This document shows, piece after piece, positions 23,986-38,500 of a stretch of DNA of 64,000 bases. The number at the start of each line of letters is the position of its first letter. Position 1 is the stretch's first letter. The translations under genes were made by a program, and so were the position numbers. The notes beneath the pieces were generated by a model, which saw nothing but the letters and a program-made list of their open reading frames with translations, did no database searches and was not told the origin of the DNA. The DNA comes from Stegostoma tigrinum (lineage: Eukaryota), in contig NC_081391.1 of the NCBI RefSeq assembly GCF_030684315.1, positions 14,299,342-14,363,341 of the forward strand. Direction: 5' to 3'.

Positions 23986-26603
23986 TGTGGCCTGGAGTAC
24001 TGTCTGCTTGGTCTGAATGCATTCCCCACTTCACCCTGGGCAATCTGTCTCCTTCCAGGGAGAAGGGGCTTGGAACAAAGAATGTAATGGCTGTACCAGC
24101 TGAATGGAATGAATAAAATCATGTGTTGATCTTGCTTATTGTCCATCATTCACACCACATATTGCTGTTGGTAGATGATGCTTGAAACCATTGATGAAGA
24201 CATTGTACAGCTAATCAATCTAACTTGGACATGTGACTGGATAGTTGTTAGTCTCTCCCTTCCCATTTCGGTTGGGTCATGGCTAACTAGGCTTAGGTAA
24301 TACAAACTGTTCCCACCTGGAATGTCAAGTTTCAGTTTACAGTCTGCATACCAAGATTAGCTTATTTCTGGGTGTGATGTGCACGATTGCTCTCAAAATA
24401 ATTTGCTTTCACCTTTTGGGTGACAGGACCTTCCTCTAGTCTGCAAGAAGGGAGACTAGACATTCACCTGTTTCTAATTTCATACTCACTTCCACATTTC
24501 CCATAGCATTGCTTACTATCAACTTCCATGAAAATGTATTCCTTTCAGCGGCCACCAACTCAAACCACACCATCTGTCTGGTGTGGGTCAATTTCCCCTC
24601 ATGCAAAGTGTCAAGGAGGAGGTCAATCAGTCAGTGGCTTTCCCTCCCTAAGCAGGGAATGATACAATCACAAAATGGCAGGTGTAGTGCTCCAAGGGAC
24701 GCTAACATGACCACTATCTTCCATTTTAAATGTTACTGTTTGTGATGGTGTTTTGTCTCTGGACATGGCAAAGGATCAGATGGGCACAAATGTCTTGTTT
24801 ATAACCATCAGCAATTGGGCACTTGCAGGAATTCACTCCCTCTCTCATGTGTGTACACACTGCACTCCAGTTAAACAAGGAATCCACCCATACTCTAGGG
24901 GGGGCAAGGGGAAACAGTTGGTTGAAAGCAATAACAAGTTATGTCACTGTAGCTCGCTCATTTGACTGTTTCCTTCTCATCCAACTGAGCCCCTGCACTT
25001 TCTTCAATAATCTGCTAGCCCAAACACTTACAACAGGCACATTCTTGGGAGTCCGATCAACCAATTCTCCTGAAACTGTATTGGTTTAGAGGGCAGGGTC
25101 TTGTTGCCACTTACACTATATTAATAGCGACCTGGGAATTACATCACCCATGGTTAAATGCTGCCATTTGATTGACTCTTGCTGCTAAAGCCAGCATTGA
25201 GCGCACTAAGCTGCTCCCTTGGTTCCTCTGAGCTTCCCCCGACTGTGAGGGTTACTCCTGATGCAGGTTGACTTCACCCAATCACATTGAAGGAGCAGTG
25301 TGACTCGGAGAGGAGACCGGGAGATGCTGACCTTCCTGTACAGCTGCTTCCTTTATCTTTCGAGGTATCGGGGGTTAGGGAGGGGGTAATCAGAGACGTC
25401 CTGTTTCAGGGAGTTTTGTAGCGAGTGCACACTGCAGCCTTCATGGAGGGTGTGGGTCTTTGAGGCACTGAATGTGTTTGTTCCATCATGGGAATCTTTT
25501 TATTTTCACCAACCTTAAGTCTTGGCCATAGTAATCCTCAAGGGCAGGAACAGGCCATTCGGCCCATTAAATCTGCATTGGCCCTATGACCAGCATCATG
25601 TTCAGACCCTCCCCAGTCCCTTTGCCCCACATTTCCCATGGCTAATTTACCCAGACTGCATGTCCCCTTGTCACTAATGGCAATTTAGCACAGCTAGTAC
25701 ACCTACTCTACATGTCATTTGACTGTGGTAGGAGACTGGAACACATGAAGGAAATCCACATAGAAAGGAGGAGAATGTACAAACTCCACACAGACTGTTT
25801 TCCCCAAGGCTAGAATCGAACTCAGGTCCCTGTCGCTGTGAGCTAACAGTGCTAACTGCTGAGGCCTGAGGATCCGTCAACCCCTAAGCTACCAAACAAA
25901 GGAGGAGGCTGTTGCAAAGTCAGAGCCATCCATCATGGAAATAGACTCTTCAGCACAACATGTCCTTGCAGACCAGGTTTCCTCAAATTGTGTCGTGCCA
26001 TTTGCCTACATTTGGCCCAAATCCCTCTAAACTGTTCCATCCCATATAAATGTCAAAATGTCTTGTAACTGTACCCAAACCTACCGTTTCCCTTGGCAGC
26101 TCATTCCATACACACTCCACCCTCTGTGTGAAAACATTGCCCCTCCCATCCCTTATAAATCTTTCCCCTCTCCCGATAAACCGATGCCCTCTCGTATTGG
26201 ACCCCCCTACCATGTCCCAGCATGCTTTTTTTATACAGTCAATCTTGAGTGTGCCAATGGCAAGGCTACATTTAGTGCTCAGCAACTGTTACACTTCAGC
26301 AGGTGGTGATGAGCTGCTTATTACAGTCCACCTGGTGTGGGAGAGACCGGAATGATGCTGCTGCTGCTGCTGAGGAGGGGCTTCTGGGATTTTCATTCGC
26401 AAACAGGGATAGTGTTCCAACTCAGGATGGCGTTAGATTTACATGGAGCTGATTGAGTGATGTAGGGGCTGCACTGAGTCAGAAAATTGTGAACTGTTCC
26501 ATAAATATTTATTAACACATCCTGACCCCAGTGTTATCCATTGGGGACAGGCTTTGGAAAGTCAGGAGTTGAATCCACTCGGAAACATGCTGGAGTTAAG
26601 CAC

Positions 26604-26845
26604 TAACACAGTGTGGAGCAGGATGAACACAGCAGGACAGGCAGCATCAGAGGAGCAGGAAAACTGACGTTTCAGATCAGGACCCTTCTTCAAAAAAGGG
26701 AAAATCCGCCCATTTCTGAAGAAGCATCCCAACTCGAAACATCAGTTTTCCTGCTCCTCTGATGCTGCCTGGCCTGCTGTGTGCATCCAGTTCCACATTG
26801 TGTTATCTCTGACTCCAGCAACAGCAGTTCTTACTATCCGTGAGG
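26604..26845. mobile_element. Penelope-derived inverted pair with two degenerate hammerhead motifs
   Basis: Arms about 26604-26692 and 26716-26806 are reverse complements; each inner end carries a CTGAAGA...GAAAC-like sequence. Confidence 0.65.
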
Positions 26846-27319
26846 GAGTTCAGCGCTGGTCATCCTCGAAGTGATTAAAAACTAAACACGGAGATAAAAA
26901 TGCTGAACGTGCAATATTATTCTCACAGCTATCTCCTGGTCCATTTACGTATACAGCCAGAGGCCTACTGTGTGTCTGAGACACTCAGCACCTTTCGCAT
27001 TTTGATTTTCAATCTGGCCGACTGAGATCCACAGTTGACGAGATCCCGGCAGATTCAGAATGGATCCACAATGTACATCAGTTGCCTGTATTAAATGTTC
27101 CGAAAGCACATGGATTCTGTTGGTGCACACCAATAGGAAAATGTTTACTGTCAACAAAATCTGGCCATTTCTCACTGGGCTCCAACACTGTCGTTCAAAA
27201 GGTACAAAGATAAATCTCTCAGAAGAACAAACTGACAGAATTCAGCTAATCTGTGATGAGTGTTTATTAATGAAAAGCCTCAGATACAAAAGTGAAGTCT
27301 TGGAGTGTATTTTATTCTC

Positions 27320-27550
27320 ATTTTCAGGGAGATGTCCTTCCAGAATTTGCACTTGTGCAGGAGGTCAAAGGTCATTCAGCAATTCCATCATCGACCAGGT
27401 GTCAATTCTGATCGGTTTCTGGATCCAATTCCCATCCTGCACTGATTGGACGTGCCAACTGATCAATTGATTAACAAGAGTGATTGGCCATCACTGATGA
27501 TGTCATTTCCTGCTCAATAAAATGAGGGCTTGCAACTGACGTATAAATAG
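27320..27550 (+). promoter_or_regulatory. Proximal promoter of copy 4
   Basis: Perfect DR1 27362-27374, CCAAT boxes, TATAAATA 27542-27549. Confidence 0.72.
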
Positions 27551-27647
27551 TGTCTCATGAGAGTGATGTTTTAAGTGTAGTTGGTTTTCTTTTTAAGTTT
27601 GTTCTTTGATTGTGAGGAAAAAGGAAAGCCCCTTTTCTCCACCCAAA

Positions 27648-30600
27648 ATGGCCTTCCCAGATCAGTCAGAACTATCACCAGGATTGTGAAGCTGCTGTCA
27701 ACAAGCAGATTAATGTGGAGCTCACTGCCTCCTATCTCTATCAGTCTTTGGTGAGTGTTGTTTGTGAGGTTAAAATTCAATCTATTATTCTGAAGTGAGC
27801 TATTTCCCTTGTTTCTAACTAACTTGACCCCCTTGTAGATTGCGTTTCATATCTCTTACCTATTGAACACATCAGGAGGAATGTCATGTTATCATATCAG
27901 TGGGCTATGGTCCTGATGTACAATAATGGTGGACCCTGTCACTCTTCAATGATCTCTGGAGGGTCAAGTATTTTTTTTTCTGACTGACCTAATTCAAAAT
28001 TCCCTGATAAGGTTGTGCCTGGCAGTAATTGTCACTAGGATTATCAAAAAGTTCATCTAATTTCTGAAGGAACTGGAATAACATTGGCTAGTTACTGGCT
28101 TCTGTTTTTAATTTCTTGCTTTCTGTTTATTTAGTGATGCATGTCATTGAACAACATGCTGACTTGGTATAGTAGTAAGGCATTATGGTAGCTCTTTCCA
28201 ATTAACCAAATCTGATCTGACGTAGCCTTCAGGGTTTGGCTGTGACTGGTAGCAGCTCAAATAGGCCTTTTTGGAGGCCTACTGGGCTTTGTCTTCGTTT
28301 ATTGAGATGGGTGTGGCTCTTCCCTTCAAACTCAACAGGAAATTGATCTGCTGTGGTGTGTGAAGTGAGACGCTGGTGCTTCTGGAATGTGCTGAAGGTA
28401 TTGCCTCAGTGATAGTGATGAAATGGATTGTTCCCAGACCATCTATCCTGGCCCTGAAACACACTGGCCCCATAGGCCAGGTGGCAGTGTGCTTGTGCCC
28501 TTCTAAGGGGTAGACTGTTTGGAAGGTGTGTTTGAAGTAACCTTGGTGAGTGCTGCAGGGGACCTAGTAGATAATGGACCCTGAAAGGAGGTGGTGAATG
28601 CAGTCCCCATGAAGTGGGCTGCTCTGTCCTGGGTGGTGTCTGCTTCTTGCATGTTGTAGCTCCACCTCTCTAGACACATGGAGAATATTCATCTCTCTCT
28701 GGGCTTGTGCCTGTTGGAAGGAAGCTGCCTCGATGTAAGGATGGAGTCTATATAACCTCCATTTGGGAGGTGGGAACAGCTTTAACTGGTGAACCACTTG
28801 GGGTTTAATCACTGGCCAGTGTCCCAGCACAACAGGGAATTATGTACCAATCAATAAGTCTCCACTATTCTGCCTTCTGCAACTTAGAACTACCCAATTA
28901 AACCATACTCTTTGGCCTCACATTGTATTTGAGGGTTGAAGTAACTTTTCCCATCAGGATTCCTTGCTTGTAGCAGCTCTCATGCATCAGCTTCTGAAGA
29001 AACAGCCAATGGACGACGTACTTTTATTTCAACTGAAGCTGTAGCCCTCCAATGTTGAATTGTGAATGTCAGTTTCAGACATGAGTAATTATGGGTGGGG
29101 AAAATTAAGCATTTTGCATGTTCAACTAGGTGAAATGAACGTTTCCAGCAGTGTTTACTGATGACATTATCCATAGAACAACAGTTGATCTAGAGATCAA
29201 TTGTCTGTCTCCAACATTTGACTTTTTTCTTCAGTTTGTTCTTACCATTTGTTTTCAGTGTGATGCTTGTTTGCAAGCTTCTGGATGTGAGTGCATTCAA
29301 ACTAGTGTGTAATAGCCTTCTGTGACAACAATCCAAAGGCTGTTACTAGGTAGGCTTTCCTCACCAGAATCTTGGTGCCACTTTCTCCTCCATGCTGCAG
29401 ACAGCATGTCCTGTAGCGTTGAAATACATGGTAGATCCAACCTCATTAATCCTGAGGTTGCAGAACTTCCTTCCTCCTGGTTGTACTGTTAGAGTAGTGA
29501 TCAACATCAGTATAAGAGATACCAAGGTCAGGAGATGGATGAACACAGCAGGCCAAACAGGAAATCTGACACTATGGGCTAACATTTGTTTGCCACCTTA
29601 GCCCCAAAGGAGAATTGCAGTGCCTCGCAGCTGCCCCACCCAGAGTCCATTCTGCACACCATCTCCTGGCACTTGGTTAAAACCTAACTCATCACTAATT
29701 TCATTCAATCCTGATGAGTGTTCGACAGAGGAAACACAAATTCAATTTTTCTCTCTGCTGTGCCAGACTCCCTGAGCATTGCACTGTGTATCTTAAACCA
29801 AAACACATGGTATGCACATCCTCCCTGGAGGAAGCTGGGTTTGTTGAGATTGATCCAGTTCAAGGATCGTCTGGCTAATTGGACAACACTAGGTTCATGA
29901 CCACAGTAACGTACCAAACATAACAGCTAGTGGCATTCTGGAGCCAACTTTTAATTCTAAACCAGGCATCAATTTGAGATCTTCAATTGGGCCCAGTGGT
30001 GCCTTTAATGGGATTTGAAATGTTCTCTCTTCCAGATGTCCTATTTTGACCAGGATGATGTTGCCCTCCCCCATGTCTCCCAGTTCTTCAAAGATCAGTC
30101 CCAGGAGAAGCAAGAACATGCAGAGAAGCTGCTGAAATTCCAGAATCAGCGTCGAGGCCGAGTCCTCCTCCAGGAAGTGAAGGTTGGAGTTGAGAAGGGA
30201 AGGCTTGGTGGGATGGGGTGGAGAAAAGTTAGCTGCTCTTGTGGTGAGGTTTCAAGTCAGTGACAAGAATTAACATACTGATAACTAAGTTGTTCCTCTG
30301 TTTGGGTTCCTGCTTTTTCATTTTGAAATGCCAGAAATCTCTCAAGCCCTTTGGCTGCCCATGTCTATGCTGACCCAACAAACAACAAACCACACTAACC
30401 CCACTCATCTGCACTTAATCTACTGCCCACTATGCCCTGCCCTAGTTGTCCAGATGTTGCTTAAATTTTGGAGTAGCTGGCTGCTCCACTTTTTTTTCTT
30501 CCCCCTGATATGCTGCATTTCACATTCCCACCATCCTCCTCTAGGGTGATAAGAGGGGAGCAGAGTGGCTTCCTCCAACCTGTGCTCTCTGGTCTTGATG

Positions 30601-31615
30601 TCTGCCATGGGGAAGACATAATCCCCATCTGCTGTGCACTCCCCAGTCTTCCATGCTTCCATCAGATAACTGTCTTCCCAACCACATCATTTCCTCAAAG
30701 GAAAATCCCAGCCTATCCAACCTCTGATCAATGAATTTTCCATCTTGGGGCAACATCCTGGTGACCCTCCTTGGTGATTCTGTCCTTTTGACCTGGCCAG
30801 TGTCAGTCACAGGTGAAATACAATATTGCCAAGTTTGTGACAAGACTTGGGTGGGAGACTTTTCAGATGTTATTGGGAGGGCTGAATGGCCTGTTCCTAT
30901 GCTTGCAGGAATTCTGATTCTGAAGCTTACCTGTCCTTCTTTCTCTCCAGAAGCCAGAGAGGGATGAGTGGGGTAACAGCCTGCAGGCAATGCAGGTTGC
31001 CCTGGATCTGGAGAAGAATGTGAACCAGAGTTTGCTGGATCTACACCAAGTCGCCACTGCCCAGACTGACCCTCATGTAAGCTTCACCACCTCATTCTCA
31101 TCACTGCTACACCCTCAGGGCAACACTTCATTGGTTGGTCTGTGTGGGTTGGAAATTCACTGATTTACACTTCTTTTTGTACAGATCACATGGATCACTT
31201 CAGATCCATACTGATTACAAAGATCATTGCTGAGCAGTTGAATCAAAGTATGTATTTTAACTTGTAAACCTGTGGGAGGACTGAGGTGATATTGGTCATT
31301 GAACTCTCATTCAGGACCATTGCAGTGGAATGACTTTTATCCATCACATTAACTCCGCTCTAGTTAACAATCTCCCGAGTATGCATGTTTTTCAGTGGGA
31401 ATTGTAAAATTGTCAGGGATAGCGTTAATGCACCCAGTTGTCCTATTCCTCTGTTGCAGCTGTGTGACTTCCTGGAGACTCACTATTTGGATGAGGAGGT
31501 GGAGATCATCAAGCAACTTGGGGACTACATCACCAACCTGAAGCGCCTGGGAGCCCCTGAGAATGGGATGGGAGAGTACCTGTTTGACAGGCTCTCCCTG
31601 GAGGACAGCAGTTAG
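27648..31615 (+). pseudogene. Ferritin-like copy 4, frameshifted in exon 1
   Basis: Exons 27648-27750, 30036-30182, 30951-31076, 31460-31615. ATGGCCTTCCCAG versus ATGGCCTCCCAG in most other copies (+1 T) gives TGA at 27687-27689. Remaining exons are open. Could be an assembly indel. Confidence 0.85.
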
Positions 31616-34280
31616 TGTGCCCTGGAGTACTGTCTGCTTGGTCTGAATGCATTTCCCCACTTCACCCTGGGCAATCTGTCTCCTTCCAGGGAGAAGGGGC
31701 TTGTAGCAAAGAATGTAATGGCTATACCAGCTGAATGGACTAAATAAAATCATGTATTGATCTTGCTTATTGTCCATCATTCAGAGCACTGGGCACTGAG
31801 GAAGGTGTCTGAGCTTGAAGCCAGTTCTTTCTGTAACTTGGCTGATTGAATTACTAATTGGAAGAGTGAGCACTTACTGGATTTTTTTACTGTCACATAT
31901 GGGACAGTAGCAAGAAGGAGGTCTGTTTTTTTTTGTAGTCCCATAAGGTATTCTCATCCAAATAGGATGGCGTTGGGATTTGCTGACTGAAATCCAAGAG
32001 TCTAGAGGACAATTAGCACATATCTGTATACGGTGGGGTCAAATATCAGACAGGAAGTTCGCATACCTTCTCAAGGGTAAAACTAGACACCCAGTTCTGT
32101 GGTATCTTGGATTTGGAATATTTATGTGCAATGGCAGCTTTCCCTTAAAATCACCTTCTCTTCCCCCACCCTTGCCCCACCTCAGCCACCCTGAACAATA
32201 AACCCTGTGGGCCAAGTGGCAGACATGGCACTATGAAGGCGAACCTGTGATCTGATGCCTGGATCAGTTGAGAAACAGCTGAAGGGAGGAGGTGCATCAG
32301 CCACTTGGATCCTGGTGGAGGAACCAGCTCAGTTGGCAAAGAGTACACCTCGATTTGTACTTTTGGTCTCGCCTCCCCACTACAACCCTACCCTCATCAA
32401 TATAATCTATTCTCAAGATTGTTGCTTTGTTTCCCCGGGGGATGCAGCCCAGGGGTTGTTGGGAGCCTGGTAAGAGGTCAGACCAGGGCCAGTGTTTGGA
32501 GGCAAGGGTCACAGCCTGTCACCTCCACACCGCCTGTTGCCGCTAACTGCAGTGGGTAACTCTGACTGGTTGGATATTTCTCCTTTTTTCATTCTGGGCT
32601 ATGTATACTTCCTCCAGGGGTCCTTGTTTTAAATACGCACCTCAGCACAACAAATCTAGCCACACTGGGCTTGCGATTTGCCCAGAAACAATCCAAAGTT
32701 GTCCTTATGTGGCTCCCTGACTTTGCTTTCTTTCTATATCCCCGCACTCACGCCAAGTTGCCAGGTCTACTGAAATATAATCTTCCAGCCTGCCAGCCCA
32801 CATCTGGGGAAATTCAGCCCAAACCTTCACAGCAGCAACGTTCGTGGGAATCAATTCAAGAAATTCCCCTGAACTAAATTCAATTACAATACATTGTCTC
32901 ATTGCCACTGACAGCAGGATAACAGGAACCTGGCAATAACACAGCAATGCTCATGGTTAAATGCTGCCATGTGATGGGCTTTTTGCTGTGAAAACCAGCA
33001 TTGAACGCACTAAGCTGCCCCCTTCGTTCCTGAGTCTCAAATGAAGAGGGTTACTCCTGAAGCAGGCTGATGATACTCAGTGATGGTGAATGAGTAGGGA
33101 CTTCCAGTACAGAGGTATCGCGGCGTGAAACATCAGCTTTTGTGCTCCTAAGATGCTGCTTGGCCTGTTGTGTTCATTCAGCTCCACACTGTCATCAGGG
33201 ACTTCCAGTGAAGTTGGGAACCATGTAACATACTGAGGAAAGCTGGAGATAGCAGATTTCCTGTACAGCTCCTTTTCCCTTCCAGGTGTCAGGTCATGGG
33301 TGCGTGAGGGTGCTATCAGAGACATCCTGGGGATTGTTTCAGGGAGCTTTGTAGCGAGTGCACACTGCAGTCTCCACGCAGCGTGTGGGTCTGTAAGGCA
33401 CTGAACATTTGTTCCACCTCGTAGAAGTTAATTTTTACCAATCTGAAGTCTTGGCTACAGAATGAATCCCTGCAGTGCAGGAAGAGACGATTTGCCGATG
33501 AACTCTGCATTGGCCCACCCTCCACGCTTACCTTCATGTTTCCCGTGGCTAATTTACCTAGCCTGCATTCCGCCTGTCGCTAGCAGTGGTTTAGTATTGC
33601 CAATCCACCGATTCTGCAGATCATTGGACGGTGGGAGGAAATCCAAACAGACAAAGGACGAACGTGCAAACTCTGCACAGACAGTTTCCCCAAGGCCAGA
33701 ATCAAACCCAGGCCCCTGGTGCTGTGCGGTATCAGTGCTCACAACTGAGCCACCATCACACCCCAAAGTACCAAACAAAGGAGGAGGCTGTCGCAAAGTC
33801 GAGTCATATACAGCATGAAAATTGACACTTCAGCCCGACCAGGTTTTGAAAATGTGGAGTACCATTTGCCTGCATTTGGTCCATATTCCTCTAAACCAGT
33901 CCTTTCCACATAAATGTCCAAATGCCTTTTAAATGTTGTAACTATACCCACCTCTACCACTTCCTCTGGCAGCTTGTTCCATACATGCACCACCCTCTCT
34001 GAGGCAATGTTGTCCCTCGTGACCCCTTTAAATCTTGCCCCTCTCCCCTCAAACCAATGCCCTCTAGTTTTGGACCCCCTCCCCCCCCCCACCGTGTCCC
34101 AGCATGCTTTTTATATACAGTCAATCTTGAGTGTGCCAATGGCAAGGCTACATTTAGTGCTCAGCAACTGTTATACTTCAGGAGGTGGCGATGAGCTGGT
34201 TATTACAGTCCACCTGGTGTAGGAGAGACCGGAATGATGATGCTGCTGCTGCTGCTGCTGAGGAGGGGCTTCGGGGATTT
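30848..34280 (+). repeat. Segmental duplicate of about 40895-44238 (exon 3 to downstream spacer, copies 4 and 5)
   Basis: Near-identical by eye across intron 3, exon 4, 3'UTR and spacer. Confidence 0.88.
33109..33196 (+). mobile_element. Penelope-derived short insertion with 13-bp target duplication
   Basis: AGGGACTTCCAGT at 33096-33108 and 33197-33209; the same insertion is at about 43163-43249. Confidence 0.65.
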
Positions 34281-35259
34281 TCATTCACAAAGAGGGATAT
34301 TGTTCCAAGTCAGGATGGTGACAGAGTTACATGGAGCTGCTTGAGCATCATTGGGGCCGTCTTGAGCCAGAACATTGTAAAGTCATCCGTCACACTTCCT
34401 AACTTCAGTCTTGTTGATGGTGGACAGGCTTTGGAAAGTCAGGAGTTGAGTGATTCACAACAGAATTCCCAGCCTCTTCCCACATTCTGAGCTGTTTGTT
34501 CTACAGAGTGCAATGTAAACAGGACCAGAACCTCCTGTTGAGAAACACGCTGCAGTTAAGCGCTTGTTGTCCTTGGAGCAGTTAAAAACTGAACACAGAA
34601 ATAGAAATATTGAATGTGCGATATATTCCAGCATCTGATACCTCAGTAGTTTAGCTGGGAAATTCAGCCCATTTCTGAAGAAGGGTCCCAACCCAAAAAG
34701 TCAGCCTTCCTGATCCTCTGAAGCTGCCCAGCCTGCTGTGTTACTCCAGCTCCACGCTGTCTTATCTCTGACCCCAGCATTGACAATTCTTACTATCTCT
34801 GAGGGAGTTAAGTGCTCGTCATTCTTGAACTGACTAAAAACTGAACACCGAGATAAAATGCTGAACATGGAATATATTTCTAGCAGCTGTCACATGGGCT
34901 ATTTGGGTATAGACCCTGAGGCCTACTCCCGCACAGCACATTTTCTAATTTGATTTTCAAACTGGACGTACTACGATCCACAGTCAACGAGATCCTGGCA
35001 GATTCTGAATGGATCCATAGCCTGTAGGTACCTGTATTAAATGACCCAAAAGCACATGAATTCTGTTGCTGCACACCAACAGGAAAATGTTTGCTGTCAA
35101 CAAAATCTTGCCACTTTTCAATGGGCTCCAACACCGTCGTTCAAAAGGTACAAAGACAAACCCCTCAGAGTAACAAACCGACAGAATTCAGCAAATCTGT
35201 GATGAGCGAGTCTTAACACATAACCTCAGATACAGAAGTTTCAGAGTATGTTTCTTGTC

Positions 35260-35490
35260 GTTTTCAGGGAGATGTCCTTCCAGAATTTGCACTTGCGCGG
35301 GAGGTCAAAAGTCAATCAGCAGTTCCATCATCGACCAGGTGTCAATTCTGATCGGTTTCTGGATCCAATTCCCATCCTGCACTGATTGGACGTGCCAACT
35401 GATCAATTGATTAACAAGAGTGGTTGGCCATCACTGATGATGTCATTTCCTGCCCAATAAAATGAGGGCTTGCAACTGAGGTATAAATAG
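35260..35490 (+). promoter_or_regulatory. Proximal promoter of copy 5
   Basis: DR1-like 35302-35314, CCAAT box, TATAAATA 35482-35489. Confidence 0.7.
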
Positions 35491-35587
35491 TGTCTCACGA
35501 GAGTGATGTTTTAGGTGTAGTTGGTTTTCTTTCTAAGTTTGTTCTTTGATTGTGAGGAAAAAGGAAAGCCCCTTTTCTCCTCACAAA

Positions 35588-38500
35588 ATGGCCTCCCAGA
35601 TTAGTCAAAACTATCACCAGGATTGTGAAGCTGCTGTCAACAAGCAGATTAATGTGGAGCTCGCTGCCTCCTATCTCTATCAGTCTTTGGTGAGTGTTGT
35701 GTTTGTGAGGTTAAAATTCAATCTATTATTCTGAAGTGAGCGATTTCCCTTGTTTCTAACCAACTTGGCCCCCTTGTAGATTGTGTTTCATATCTCTTAC
35801 CTATTGAACACATCAGGAGAAATCTGATGTTATCATATCAGTGGGCTATGATCCTGATGTACAATAATGGTGGACCCTGTCAGTCTTCAATGATCTCTGG
35901 AGGATGAAGCGTTTTTTATTTTTTGACTTAGTTCAAAATTCCCTGATAAGGTTATGCCTGGCAGTAATTGTCACTCCCTCACTAGGATTATCAAAAAGTT
36001 CATCTAATTTCTGAAGGAACTGGAATAACCATTGGCTAGTTACTGGCTTCTGTTTTTAATTTCTTGTTTTCTGTTTGTTTAGTGATGCATGTCATTGAAC
36101 AACATGCTGACTTGGTATAGTAGTAAGGCATTATGGTAGCTCTTTCCAATTAACCAAATCTGATCTGACACAGCCTCCAGGGTTTGGGTGTGACTGTTAG
36201 CAGCTCAAATAGGCCGTGTCGGAGGCCTACTGGGCTTTGTGATCATTATTGAGATGGGTGTGGCCCTTCCCTTCACACTTGACACGAAGCTGATCTGCTG
36301 TGGTGTGTGAAGTGAGACGCTGGTGCTTCTGGAATGTGCTGAAGGTATTGACTCAGTGATAGTGATGAAATGGATTGTTCCCAGACCATCTATCCTGGCC
36401 TTGAAACACACTGGCCCCTTAGACCAGGTGGCAGTGTGCCTGTGCCCTTCCAAGGGGTAGAATGTGCTTGGAAGGTGTGTTGAAGTAACCTTGGTGAGTG
36501 CTGCAGGGGACCTGGTTGGTAATGGACCCTGAAAGGAGGTGGTGAATGCAGTCCCCATGAAGTGGGCTGCTCTGTCCTCAATGGTGTCTGCTTCTTGCAT
36601 GTTGTAGCTCCCCTTCTACAGACACATGGAGAATATTCATCTCTCTCTGGGCTTGTGCCTATTGGAAGGAAGTTGCCTCGATGTAAGGATGGAGTCAGTA
36701 TAACATCCATTTGGGAGGTGGGAACAGCTTTTACTGGTGAACCAGGTGGGGTTTAATCACTGGCCAGTGTCCCAGCACAACCGGGAATTATGTACCAATT
36801 AATAAATCCCCACTATTCTGTCTTTTGCAACTTGGAACTACCCAATTAAACCATACTTTTTTTTGCCTCACTTTGTATTTGAGGGTCGAAGTAGATTTTC
36901 CCACCAGGATTCCTCGCTTACAACATCTCTCATGCATCAGCTTCTGAAGAAACAGCCAATAGATGACTCACGTCTCCTTCAACTGAAGCTGTAGCCCTCC
37001 AATGTTGAATTGTGAATGTCAGTTTTAGACATGAGTGATTATGGGCGGGAAAATTACAGTATTTTGCATGTTCAACTAAGCTAAATGAATGTTTCCAGCA
37101 GTGTGTTTACTGATGACATTATCCATAGAACAACAGTTGATCTAGAGTTCTATTGTCTGTCTCCAACATTTGACTTTTCTTCAGTTTGTTCTTACAATTT
37201 GTTTTATCAGTGTGATGCTTGTTTGCAAGCTTCTGGATGTGAGTGCACTCAATAAACAGGTGTGTAATAGCCTTCTGCAGCAACAATCCAAAGGCTGTTA
37301 CTGGGCAGGCTTTCCTCACAAGAATCTTGGTGCCACTTTCTCCTCTATGCTGCAGACAGCATGTCCTGTAGCGCTAAAATATATGGTACATCTAACGCCA
37401 TTAATCCTGAGGTTGCAGAACTTGTTTCCTCCTGGTTGTACTGTTAGAGTAGTGCTCAACATCTCTATTAAGAGATACCAAGGTCGGTAAATGGATGAAC
37501 ACAGCAGGCCAAACCGGAAATCTGACACTATGGGCTAACATTTGTTTGCCACCTTAGCCCCAAAGGAGAAATGCAGTGCCTTGCAGCTGCCCCACCCTGA
37601 GTCCATTCTGCATACCAGCTCCTGGCACTTGGTTAAAACCTTACTCCATCACTAATTTCATTCAATCCTGATGAGTGTTTGACAGAGGAAACATGAATTC
37701 CATGTTTCTCTCTCAATGCTGTGCCAGACCCCCTGAGGATTGCACTACGTATCTTAAACCAAACCACATGGTATGCGCATCCTCCCTGGAGGAAGCTGGG
37801 TTTGTTCAGATTGAGCCAGTTAAAGGATCATCTGGCGAATTGGACAACACTGGGTTCATGACCACAGTAACGTACCAAACATAACAGCTCGTGGCATTCT
37901 GGAGCAAACTGTCAATTCTAAACCAGGCATCAATTTGAGATGTACAATTGGGCCTAGTGGTGCACTTAATGGGATTTGAAATGTTCTCTCTTCCAGATGT
38001 CCTATTTTGACCGGGATGACGTTGCCCTCCCCCATTTCTCCCAGTTCTTCAAAGATCAGTCCCTGGAGAAGCGGGAACATGCAGAGGAGCTGCTGAAATT
38101 CCAGAATCAGCGTGGAGGCCGAGTCCTCCTCCAGGATGTCAAGGTTGGAGTTTGGTTTGGGTGAGGGTGGGTGGTGACAGGTGAAAAATGGCAGCTCTCA
38201 TGGTGAGGTTTCAAGTCAGTGACGAGGGCTTCACATCCTGATGGGAAGTGACCAATATGTTCTTCTATTTGGGTCCCCTGTGTCCTGACTCTGAATGCAA
38301 TAAATCACAGAAACAAGCCCTTTGCCCACCGTGTCTATGCTGAATCACCAAATGACACTTTGCTGCAGTGATAATGGGAGCTGCCGATGCTGGAGAATCC
38401 AAGATAATAAAATGTGAGGCTGGATGAATACAGCAGGCCCAGCAGCTTTTGTGCTCCTGAGATGCTGCTGGGCCTGCTGTATTCATCCAGCCTCACATTT

